Virus record (IMG/VR): IMGVR_UViG_3300032236_000402
Span: 1 to 40,017 of that record
Strand: one strand, 5' to 3'
From: a virus
Taxonomy: Duplodnaviria; Caudoviricetes
Length of the DNA: 40,017 nt
Shown: piece by piece, positions 1-8,600 of the stretch
How positions within the stretch are numbered: the first letter of the stretch is position 1
How the letters are laid out: every line of letters starts with the position of its first letter
The notes under the pieces: model-generated
Databases searched by the model: none
What the model was told of the DNA's origin: nothing
The model's input: only the letters and a program-made list of their open reading frames with translations
Made by a program: the position numbers and the translations under genes

Positions 1-20
1 GGGGGCTGGGCTGGCTGGGG

Positions 21-54
21 TAAAGCAAAACCCCTAACCGCTGGGGCTAGGGGT
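21..54 (-). terminator. Intrinsic terminator downstream of the 75..287 gene
   Basis: Minus strand reads ACCCCTAGCC-ccagc-GGTTAGGGGT followed by TTTGCTTTA. Confidence 0.75.
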
Positions 55-74
55 CTGCTGGTTCGGCTGGCTGG

Positions 75-287
75 CTAGTTCGTGCCGAATACTTCTTGAC
101 GGGTGATTTTGCCACTCCACAAGTCCGAACAGATTGCCGAGATTTCTTGGTCAGTGTATTCGGTCTGCGACGCGAATAGGCTGTTCCACCTAGCGTCATC
201 TCGCTTTTGTGCTGACGGGTCATCTGAAAAGCAAGCAGTCCAAGTGTCTAGTTTTGCATCTACAAGTTGCTCTTTGAGTGTGGTCAT
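75..287 (-). CDS. Small hypothetical (early-type) protein, 70 aa; alternative leaderless start at 317
   Basis: Trimmed from track ORF 75..356. ATG at 287 follows an AAGGA RBS; it has its own promoter upstream and a terminator downstream. Confidence 0.7.
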   Translation of the reverse strand: MTTLKEQLVDAKLDTWTACFSDDPSAQKRDDARWNSLFASQTEYTDQEISAICSDLWSGKITRQEVFGTN

Positions 288-323
288 TTGAGATTTCCTT
301 TCGTTGTTTATCTCCATACCTAA

Positions 324-353
324 ATAGTAGCATACTGCACCGACATTGTGCAA
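324..353 (-). promoter_or_regulatory. SigA-type promoter
   Basis: TTGCAC-N18-TACTAT with a TGn extension; the spacer begins AATGTCGGTG. Confidence 0.7.
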
Positions 354-356
354 CAT

Positions 357-557
357 TTAGTTTTTAGGGCGTGTCGCGCTCGCGGGCATTGGGTTATGAG
401 TAATGACTTTGGTAGTCGAATACTGCGAGTAGCCACTTCCGTTCTTTTTGTAGGTAGCACCTACGATTGGCTGGCAAGGGCAAGTTTCGTTGAGCGCGTG
501 GTCTAACCCTAACGCGGTTCCGTCATTGGTTCTGTTGATTGTTTGGATTGCTGGCAT
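357..557 (-). CDS. Small hypothetical protein, possible metal-binding (H-x5-CPC...H)
   Basis: 66-aa ORF with AAAGGAG RBS; contains DHALNETCPCQP and ITHN. Confidence 0.7.
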   Translation of the reverse strand: MPAIQTINRTNDGTALGLDHALNETCPCQPIVGATYKKNGSGYSQYSTTKVITHNPMPASATRPKN

Positions 558-582
558 TGTGTTCTCCTTTGGTTAGGTTCTA

Positions 583-612
583 AGTCTAAGCCATACCACC
601 GACATTTTGCAA
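583..612 (-). promoter_or_regulatory. SigA-type promoter
   Basis: TTGCAA-N18-TAGACT; the spacer begins with the same AATGTCGGTG as the 324-353 promoter. Confidence 0.65.
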
Positions 613-900
613 CTTTGATTGCTCGCGCTCGCGGGGGTGAGCTGGGCGGCGGGCGGTTTATACGGAATAGTGCGAAACTTCGCGCTCGCGGCTACGCGGC
701 TGCGCGGCTGCGCTAGTTCGTGAGTTGGTTGGGTTGATTGCGCTCGCGCTCTTGATTGCTCTGGCGGTTGGGCGGGCTTGGCATTGGGTCGCTGGCGGGT
801 GCGTTGGCGCGTGGGCGGGCTTGGGGTGATTGCTCGCGGGTCTGCGCTCGCGGGTGGGCTGGCGGGCTGGCGCGGTGTTCGCGGGTCTGCGCTCGCGGGT

Positions 901-935
901 AAAAGCAAACCCCCGCCTGAACGGATAGGCGGGGG
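901..935 (-). terminator. Intrinsic terminator downstream of the 958..1203 gene
   Basis: Minus strand reads CCCCCGCCT-atccgttc-AGGCGGGGG then TTTGCTTTT. Confidence 0.8.
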
Positions 936-957
936 CTGGCTGGTCTAGGGTCGCGGT

Positions 958-1203
958 CTAGTAGGCGAACACTTCGTCATAAAGGTCTAGCACTTGGTTC
1001 GCGATTGCTGGGGTTGTGGTGTCTGGTGCGTGTAGGCTACCTAGCACTAGGTCGCTTAGCACCTTGACCGCGTTGAGTAGTTGTAGTCCGTTGTGTAGGT
1101 CGGTGTGTCCGTTTTCTAGGTCGGTAGTGACCTTAGCGGTAATCTCTAAAAGCTGGCGGGTGGCGTAGGTGAAACGCTGGTGGGCTAGTTCGCTGGTGTT
1201 CAT
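958..1203 (-). CDS. Small hypothetical (early-type) helical protein, 81 aa
   Basis: ATG with AAAGGA RBS, own promoter upstream and terminator downstream. Confidence 0.7.
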   Translation of the reverse strand: MNTSELAHQRFTYATRQLLEITAKVTTDLENGHTDLHNGLQLLNAVKVLSDLVLGSLHAPDTTTPAIANQVLDLYDEVFAY

Positions 1204-1243
1204 TGCTGTCCTTTGTTTAGGTAATCAACTTGACTACCCTTCT

Positions 1244-1273
1244 AGCATAGCACTCGCTTTTGTATTCCGTCAA
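1244..1273 (-). promoter_or_regulatory. SigA-type promoter
   Basis: TTGACG-N18-TATGCT with a TGn extension. Confidence 0.7.
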
Positions 1274-1342
1274 GTCCATAACCGCTGGCGTGTCGCGGGG
1301 ATAGGCAACCGCTACTTACAACCGCTAACACACTTCGGCTTT

Positions 1343-1720
1343 GGCTGGCTTCGTGCTTCGTGTGCTTCGTGTGTGCGCTCGCTTCGTGTGCTTCGTGTGC
1401 TGGTCGCGCTCGCGGGCTTGGGCTGGTTGCTTCACTCAACTTCACTTGCTTCGTGTGCTGGGCTGGCTGGCTGGCTAATGACTTCGTGCTTGGGCGTGTG
1501 CTTAGGTGGCTGGCTGAAAAGCTGGGCTGACTTTTTGCTTCGGGTTTGGGCTGGCTTTGTGCTTAGGCTTTTTGGCTGGCTGATTGGCTGGCTAGTTGAT
1601 TGGCTGGCTGGTGCTCTATCAACTTGACTTCATACTTCACACTTAGTCATTGACCTAGTGTGTTGCTTTTTGTATAGGGCTTTTTGCTGGGAGATTTTTG
1701 CATAGGGCTTTTGCTGGGCT
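1343..1720. repeat. Low-complexity repeat region (CTTCGTG and GGCT repeats, T-tract direct repeat)
   Basis: At least seven CTTCGTG copies in 1348-1490; many GGCT runs; TTTTTG[TC]ATAGGGCTTTT(T)GCTGGG at 1667-1691 and 1695-1718. Confidence 0.75.
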
Positions 1721-1870
1721 GACCTTTGACTTTTTATTTTTTGAGATTGAGATTTGTGGGCGCGATTTGCTGGGGCTGTCTTTGAGCATAGGCTTCGGGG
1801 CTATCTCCAAACTTCACTTCTAAATGTGCCTAGTGAGCCTCTCAACAAAAAAGTTTGTGTTGTGTTGCAC

Positions 1871-1899
1871 TTGACTTTGACCTCGCTATGTGGTATTCT
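1871..1899 (+). promoter_or_regulatory. SigA-type rightward promoter
   Basis: TTGACT-N17-TATTCT with a TGn extension. Confidence 0.6.
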
Positions 1900-2030
1900 A
1901 CAAACCCTAGAAAAGGGGGCGGCGAAAACGGGGGGCGACCCCCAAAATAGCTGCTCCCGACTCGCAGCCCAAAGTCAAAAATCGTTAATGTATCATTTTT
2001 AAATAAAGTAGATAAACTATGGCCCAAACG

Positions 2031-2039
2031 TGATACAAT
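2031..2039 (+). promoter_or_regulatory. Extended -10 element for a leaderless transcript
   Basis: TGaTACAAT, then 6 nt, then ATG at 2046; no RBS. Confidence 0.6.
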
Positions 2040-2045
2040 AATCCC

Positions 2046-2549
2046 ATGTCCAGACGTTCTGCTCGTTCTCAGGAACTTCCTAAAACGGAAGCTCAGTTTC
2101 TCGCCACTTTAAAGGGCGAACGTCTACACATTCGCGTCGCACAACTCTACTCCGTAGGTTGGACATATCAAGCAATCGGCAACGCTCTAGACCCCCAACG
2201 TCCACGCTCTACAATCAAGAGCTGGGCAGACAAGTATCCAACCGAAACCAATGCAATCGACGTCCCTATTGATTTCCCACGTCTACGCACGCCTGAAGGT
2301 GGCTACCAACGTAAGACCCCCGTTTCGCCAGGAGTTAGCACCGACGTCGCTATGGAACTTCAACGTCTAGCTCCGCTTGCCCGTGAGTATCGAAGCGGTA
2401 TGGGTCCATCGAGTTTGCAGGGTCAAGCAAATGACCAGTTCGACGCGCTCATTCGAAAACTAAAAGACAGCGACGTCTCTATCGCCGATATTGCTAGAGC
2501 TGCGAACGTAACTCACCGCGCGATTGCTAGACGACTCAAGAAAGAATAG
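2046..2549 (+). CDS. Double helix-turn-helix DNA-binding protein
   Basis: HTH-like segments GWTYQAIGNAL..PRSTIKSW and VSIADIARAANVTHRAIARRL. Confidence 0.75.
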   Translation: MSRRSARSQELPKTEAQFLATLKGERLHIRVAQLYSVGWTYQAIGNALDPQRPRSTIKSWADKYPTETNAIDVPIDFPRLRTPEGGYQRKTPVSPGVSTDVAMELQRLAPLAREYRSGMGPSSLQGQANDQFDALIRKLKDSDVSIADIARAANVTHRAIARRLKKE

Positions 2550-2558
2550 AATAAATAA

Positions 2559-2933
2559 ATGGATGAAAAGATTATCTACGACTTGTTCCCAGCACACTTG
2601 GTTGTTGCTGCCGCAGGTTTTACGGATGACGTCGCTACGCTGAGTTCCGAGCCAGCAACGCCAGGAGCCTACTACGTCGGAACCACGCGCATTATTGTTA
2701 CAGACAAGCTCGTTTTGGTTGCTGCCGATTCAAACGAAGGTCCGACAATCATTTTCCGAGAGTCTTACACCGAGTTCTACAAATCACACAAACCAGCAGA
2801 AGAGTCTTGGCTGGTAACTACGTCTGGAAAGATGCTTGCCTTCCGTAAGGACGTCAACTGCGGTTGTTCGTCACGTCTACGTTCTTGGCAGCCCTACAAG
2901 ACGCTCTATTCGCTTCGAGAAGGAAACCAATAG
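2559..2933 (+). CDS. Hypothetical protein with C-terminal CGC motif
   Basis: 124-aa ORF closely packed in the operon; NCGCSSRLRSW. Confidence 0.7.
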   Translation: MDEKIIYDLFPAHLVVAAAGFTDDVATLSSEPATPGAYYVGTTRIIVTDKLVLVAADSNEGPTIIFRESYTEFYKSHKPAEESWLVTTSGKMLAFRKDVNCGCSSRLRSWQPYKTLYSLREGNQ

Positions 2934-2936
2934 CAA

Positions 2937-3227
2937 ATGACCCCACAACTTTATTTAGACCTCCCTATTCTCCTCCTAGCGGTTTATAGAGGCACGCGCT
3001 TCCTAATCGAGGACCATCTTGCAGAGCCACTTCGCGAACGCATCTGGAAAAAATATCCACCACACACAAAGTTCGGATATTTGTTTACTTGCTACTGGTG
3101 CATGTCGTTTTGGGTGGCATCAATGGCTATCATTTGCTATACAATAGTACCTACGGCAACTGTGCTGCTCAGCCTACCTTTTGCCCTATCCGCTATTGTT
3201 GGATACATCTCTACCAAAATAGGTTAA
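2937..3227 (+). CDS. Small membrane protein, DUF1360-like
   Basis: Hydrophobic helices, YRxTR..D and LFTCYWCMSFW (CxWC) motifs; lies just upstream of the portal. Confidence 0.7.
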   Translation: MTPQLYLDLPILLLAVYRGTRFLIEDHLAEPLRERIWKKYPPHTKFGYLFTCYWCMSFWVASMAIICYTIVPTATVLLSLPFALSAIVGYISTKIG

Positions 3228-3236
3228 GGACACATC

Positions 3237-5042
3237 TTGGGAATTTTTAGACGTAGCAACGGAACGCCTTCACAGCCGAACGTTCCTGCTAACGGTGCGT
3301 TCCGTGCCAGCACCCCAAATCAGCAACAGCCCACTCAACGTGTCCAATACCGCACAGACTCTTTCGGCGTAGTTTACGCTGAGCCAGCTCCCTACTCTGC
3401 TCTACGTCCACTCACCGCTGCTGCTGCTCAAATCAATTTGAATGACAAGGGTGAAGCCGAACTTTTCAAGAAGCGTCGCCAGACTGCCTCGTCTAGCTGG
3501 CAGGTTGAGGCGTGGGAATACTACGACTCGATTGGTGAAATCAAATACGCTTTCAACCTTGTTGCCTCGGTTGTCTCTCGTATCCGTCTTTACATCGCCT
3601 ACGTCGAAGACCCAACACAAACTCCACAACCAGCTCACGACAATCCTTCTATCAAGGACCCACGTCTAATCGAAGCTGCCGAACGTGCCCTTCAACGTCT
3701 TGACTCTGCATACGGAGGCCAGGCAGGTCTACTCAAGGACGCTGCTCTAAACCTTTCGACTGCTGGCGAGTGCTACCTTGTCCAGATTCCGCCACGCTTG
3801 GGTTCTGGACTTCCTGAGAGCTGGGACATTCGTTCCGTTGACGAACTTCAGGTTGACCAAAAGGGCAACTACGTCATCAACCCACGTCGCGACATTACTG
3901 GTTCCGCAGGTAGTGTCCAGCGCAACTTCGACACCATCTCACTTCCGCCAACAGCTTTCGTTGGTCGTATCTGGCGTTCACACCCACGTTACTCTCAGGA
4001 AGCAGACTCCTCGCTACGCGGTCTACTTGACCTCTGCGCCGAACTTCTACTTCTAAACCGCACCTTCCGTGCCACCGCACGTTCACGCCTCAACGCTGGT
4101 GCTCTTTACTTGCCAGATGGTCTTTCAGTTGCCGCCAACGCTGGACCAAGCTACCCTTACGATGACGAAACAGGTCTGCTTGCTGACCCTACTCCTGAAG
4201 AACTACAGGACGACTTCGAAGACCAACTCATCGACGCGATGGTTACTCCAATCAAGGATGAGGACTCTGCCTCAGCAGTTGTTCCACTGATTATTCGTGG
4301 TCCTGCCGAACTTGGTGACAAGATTAAGCAGTTCAAGTTTGAGCGTTCTTTTGACCCAGCTCTTGCCGAGCGTGCTGACCGAGTTCTAGAGCGTATCCTT
4401 CAAGGTCTCGACGTCCCTAAGGACATCGTTACAGGTCTTGCCAACATCAAGTACTCAAACGCAATTCAGATTGACGAGACTCTTTACAAGGCACACATCG
4501 AGCCACTTATGTTGCTCATCACCGATGCCTTTACAGTTGTCTACCTACGCCCATACTTGATTGCTAACGGCTTCGACCCTGAAGAAGTTGAGCGTATGGT
4601 CATTTGGTATGACCCATCTCTTATTGCTACTCGCAATGACCGCGCAGCGGACGCAGACGCAGGTTTCGACAAGATGGCCGTTTCGTTTGAGACTTGGCGA
4701 CGCACTCACGGATTCTCAGATGCAGATGCACCGAACGCAACCGAGCTTGGTCTACGTCTGTTGATTGAGAAGGGTATGCTCAGCCCTGAGCTTACCGAGG
4801 CTCTGATGAACGCAGTTTCGCCAGACATTATGAACGCTGCTCGTGATGCAACTCAGGCTAACTCGGTTGCTCCAGAATCTCCTGACGTTGAATCAGCGTT
4901 GGGTCTAGGCGGAACACCTGCTCCTGCACCTGCTCCTGCACCTGCAAGTCCTGCCACCCCAGCTGCTCCAGCTGCTCCTGCAACTCCAGCCGCTCCAGAA
5001 AATACCGCACCTCCAATTCCTCTGGCAGAACCGTCAGAATAG
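3237..5042 (+). CDS. Portal protein
   Basis: 601 aa, TTG start with AAGGA RBS; WQVEAWEYYDSIGEIKYA, GRIWRSHPR and RSRLNAG resemble actinophage portals; Pro/Ala C-tail; first large head gene. Confidence 0.8.
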   Translation: MGIFRRSNGTPSQPNVPANGAFRASTPNQQQPTQRVQYRTDSFGVVYAEPAPYSALRPLTAAAAQINLNDKGEAELFKKRRQTASSSWQVEAWEYYDSIGEIKYAFNLVASVVSRIRLYIAYVEDPTQTPQPAHDNPSIKDPRLIEAAERALQRLDSAYGGQAGLLKDAALNLSTAGECYLVQIPPRLGSGLPESWDIRSVDELQVDQKGNYVINPRRDITGSAGSVQRNFDTISLPPTAFVGRIWRSHPRYSQEADSSLRGLLDLCAELLLLNRTFRATARSRLNAGALYLPDGLSVAANAGPSYPYDDETGLLADPTPEELQDDFEDQLIDAMVTPIKDEDSASAVVPLIIRGPAELGDKIKQFKFERSFDPALAERADRVLERILQGLDVPKDIVTGLANIKYSNAIQIDETLYKAHIEPLMLLITDAFTVVYLRPYLIANGFDPEEVERMVIWYDPSLIATRNDRAADADAGFDKMAVSFETWRRTHGFSDADAPNATELGLRLLIEKGMLSPELTEALMNAVSPDIMNAARDATQANSVAPESPDVESALGLGGTPAPAPAPAPASPATPAAPAAPATPAAPENTAPPIPLAEPSE

Positions 5043-5060
5043 TCCCTCCCAACATAAAGG

Positions 5061-5066
5061 TATAAT
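5061..5066 (+). promoter_or_regulatory. -10 element for a leaderless dps transcript
   Basis: TATAAT, then 6 nt, then ATG at 5073; no RBS. Confidence 0.65.
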
Positions 5067-5072
5067 TTCACC

Positions 5073-5624
5073 ATGAACAATTTCTCGACATCTTCTTCGA
5101 ACCCAGACTCACAGGCTCTCGCTGGTGCTCTAGCGGTTCTTCTTTCTGACGTCTACACTATGTACCACAGCGTGCACGGCTACCACTGGAACTTGAAGGG
5201 TTCTGACTTCCCAGAATTCCACAAGCTCTTCAACAAAATCTACGATGACGTCTGGGAAAGCGCAGATGGTATCGCAGAGAACATGTTGAAGCTTGGCTAC
5301 GATGCTCCATACCTTCTAACAGACTTCCTGAGCCTAACCACAATCAACGCTCAGCGTGCAAAGAGCAACGACAAGATTACTCTTTGCCTTTCGCTACTTG
5401 ACATGAACTCCAGCGTTCTTGCAAGCCTAAACAATGTCTTCCAGATGGCTCAGGACCAGAACAAGCAGGGTATCTGCAACTTCATCGCTGACCGTATCGA
5501 CAAGCACACTTTCTGGCAGTGGTGGTTGGCCGCTTCTACAGGCGTTGACATCACAACTCTTGACCAGGATGTCACTGTCGAGACTTACGAAGCTCCTGAC
5601 CTGGACTCAGACTTCCTTTCCTAA
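5073..5624 (+). CDS. dps: Dps / ferritin-like DNA protection protein
   Basis: Dps signature HGYHWNLKGSDFPEFHKLF..IY..V..SADGIAE..LKLG. Confidence 0.9.
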   Translation: MNNFSTSSSNPDSQALAGALAVLLSDVYTMYHSVHGYHWNLKGSDFPEFHKLFNKIYDDVWESADGIAENMLKLGYDAPYLLTDFLSLTTINAQRAKSNDKITLCLSLLDMNSSVLASLNNVFQMAQDQNKQGICNFIADRIDKHTFWQWWLAASTGVDITTLDQDVTVETYEAPDLDSDFLS

Positions 5625-5649
5625 ACTCCACGCATAAAAGGCGGGGAGC

Positions 5650-8600
5650 ATGGACAAGCCTACGCATTCTAGCTTTGTATTAGCTAAGAGTCACACAAGC
5701 AATCGACCACGGGCGCTAGTTGCCGCTGGAATTATCGATGCCGCTAAGCGTAGAGCCATTGTTGCTACCGAGTGGCGTGACCGATATGGCCGTTGGGTCG
5801 ATATGGGTAGAAGCGTCCGCTTCAAGTTCCGTCTAAAAGATGGAACTCTTGTAGATTCTCACGGACGTTTCCTTGGAGCTGACCGCAAACGCCCAGGCTA
5901 TGCCAGAATCTATGTAAAGGGAGATAAGTATCTTCCAGATGGCGTCTATTCTGTAAGTTCTAAGAATGGTGCAGAAGAATTAGCCAATCTTGACCCTAAA
6001 TATCTAGCAGCTCGCGGTATTCGCCCTGGATATCACCAAAATGGCAGCCCAATTACCAGCCGTTCTTACGAAGATGTCCCAAATATCGGGGATATGACCT
6101 ACACCAAGCCTACAAAACAAGATTTGCAGGACATTCAGGACTCAGTTCCGCTTCTAGACCGCCCGCTACAAGAGGGAGCTAAGAAAGCAGCGGACCTTGA
6201 GAAGGGTGACGTCATTGAACACGGAAAAACTGCACGTCGAGGCACTATTACCCACGTTTCTAACGGTGCAAAGGGTAGAAAAAACCTAACTATTGCTTGG
6301 AAAGATGGTTCCAAGGACAAAACTACGATTGACCCCAAGCAAGATGTCAAAGTTTTGAAGGAATTGCCACTAGATGAACCAAAGCCAGTGGAAAAACCAG
6401 TATCAGAGGGTCCAAAGTTTGTTCAAATCCCAGTTCCAAAGCCAATTCCACCCGTAACTACCCCAATTTTGCCCAAAACTCAGCCAGATGTGATTGGAAA
6501 ATCAAAAACTTTTGATGCAAACCTGCAACCAGTCAATCCTGGCGACAAAGTTAAGATTCGAGTTCGACCAGAAGATGGCGACCCGAAGGATGATGTCGAT
6601 GTTGAGGCAACATATCTAGGTCTAACCACTTCTGACTGGAGCGCACTGCCTCCTGATAAGGATGGTTTGCCTGTTTATTCTGCTTATCGTATTCGTGGAA
6701 GCAAAGTAGTCCCAGATGGGGACTATCTGGTTCGCCGTGAAGCAGTAAATACGACTAAACCGTCTGAGTGGGGTAAAAGCAACTACGTCGATAAAGATGT
6801 TTTGATGCTTCAGGCATACGATGACATCTCAAAGTTTCCAGTTCCGCAAGGTTCGGAAGCAGCATCGCTGCTGCACTACACCAGCGCAGCTGGTTATAAA
6901 GATATAAACAATCTGCTTCGCGCTCATCCAGATAAAACTCTCGATGAGATTATGCAACTTCCGCAGCTTGATAAAAACGAACAGAACTACACGAAGATGA
7001 TTCGTGACCTCGACAACTTGATTGACCGTTCTGAAGTTAAGCAGGACACCACTGTTTATCGAGGCATTGCTCTAGAAGACCAAGCCGAACTAGACAAAAT
7101 GCAAAAACTACTTGTTCCAGGTGCAACTTGGGACGAGCAGAGCTTTGCATCTACAAGTGAAGACCAGAATGTAGCAAGAATCTTTGCTGGAACTCGCGGC
7201 ATCGTGTTCAAAATTGTTGTGCCTAAGGGTGCTAAAGCGCTACCCGTTCTTCCGCAACAGACGATTCTATCTACAGACGAGCACGAGATGATTCTTCCTC
7301 GTAATGGGCGTCTAATTATCAAGAGCGTCAATCACAAAGCCACGCTATTTACTGACCACCTTGAGGTTGAAGCCGAGTACGAGCCACCTCGCGAGGAACC
7401 TAAGGTAAAAGAATTGACTATTGCCAAGTCAAGTCTTCCATACAGCACTGCAACAGCGACAGATACTCAAGGTGTTCGCGACATGACGACCACAGCGGAG
7501 TCAGATAAGCTAGCTGAGGCTGGCCACGAGCCAACAGCCCAAGACATTGAAAACGTAACTAAGGCTGCTGACCAAAATCTGTTGATGTCCTTGGGTAATC
7601 GAAGTCTAAGCAACCTAAGCAAGCTCGGCCAGTGGGCATACAAATACACATCAGAGTCTAAAGTTCTAAACCAAAAACTACGCAAGCACGACAAAGCAAC
7701 AGAGCAGTCGCGTGAAGTAGATGCTCTAGATACTTTGATTCGTGAAACCAAACCGCTGCCTCAGGGGTCTGTTGTTTATAGAACTGTAAAGTCTGGCGTT
7801 TGGCGTAACTGGAAACTAAAACCAGGCGATGTTGTTTCAGATGATGCTTATGTTTCGACATCTATTGGAACTAAGTTGGCAGATTCTTGTAAATCAGTAA
7901 ATAAATCTAAAGGCAAGACCGTACACGAAACTATGCGTATCATCATGCCTCAAGATACGAGTGGAATTTTTCTAGGCAAGATTAGCGACTTTGAAGATGA
8001 GAATGAGTATCTGCTTCCGCGCGGAACAAAGCTACGCTATCTAGGTTTAGACTCAGACGGATATCGTGTTATGGAGCGCGTTTCAGCGCAGCCATCTTCT
8101 GAATCTGCTGATACAGAGAAGACTCGCGAGGTCTACTTCAACAAGGCTAATAACAAGCCTCAAACGCCAGGAGTAGCAACTATCAGACTTACCCCAGGTG
8201 AGCCAGTTGGTGACTCCTACGAGCCTCCTGTAAGCGGATGGGACCATGTTGAGTATGGTTACGAGAAGCAAAACAGCAAAGAGGCCAAGCAAGATATAAA
8301 AGACTTCCTAACTCGCGCTAAAGCATCTGGTGACGAGCTTCAGTTCTATGTTCAAAATCAAAATGAAATGATTGAGATTGAAGCTAAGGACATGTATAGT
8401 CCTGGCGGAATCTATGGTCAAAACGGTAAAACGTTGCAACGTGGCAACACATACATTCACTATGACTCATCTATTGATAGTAAAGAAACTCTAGACGAGC
8501 TAATCAAGACCGTTGACTATCTACATAAGAATGCACAACTTCCCGTTGGCACTCACATTATGATTACCCCTCAGGGGGCAAAAGTTATGGGAACTAAATT

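Larger units (their letters stand above)
375..1416. repeat. Dispersed (C)GCGCTCGCG(GG) repeats, including a 22-bp direct repeat
   Basis: Copies at 375, 624, 681, 740, 844, 889 and 1405; TCGCGGGTCTGCGCTCGCGGGT is exact at 834-855 and 879-900. Confidence 0.8.

Noticed and set aside
288-356. Extended N-terminus of the 75..356 ORF as given in the track
   Set aside because: The extension runs through the gene's own promoter; starts at 287 (RBS) or 317 (leaderless) fit better.
573-908. 111-aa minus-strand ORF (PASADPR repeats)
   Set aside because: Its TTG start lies inside a terminator U-tract with no RBS, and the protein is just the translation of the GCGCTCGCG repeats.
1169-1627. 152-aa Trp/Leu/Gly-rich plus-strand ORF resembling a membrane protein
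   Set aside because: Composition follows from GGCT and CTTCGTG DNA repeats; it overlaps a better-supported minus-strand gene and promoter and has no RBS.
620-1720. Possible CRISPR array
   Set aside because: Repeats are 7-22 bp and irregularly spaced, with no constant repeat-spacer period and no cas genes.
1900-1980. Possible tRNA
   Set aside because: Two short hairpins only; no cloverleaf or T-loop GTTCRA consensus.
2937-3227. Holin
   Set aside because: No endolysin nearby; the CxWC motif and pre-portal position fit a DUF1360-like protein better.
4915-5030. CCTGCWCCTGCW-type tandem repeats at the portal 3' end as a DNA-level element
   Set aside because: They encode a Pro/Ala linker with varied third positions, so they are a protein-level low-complexity tail.
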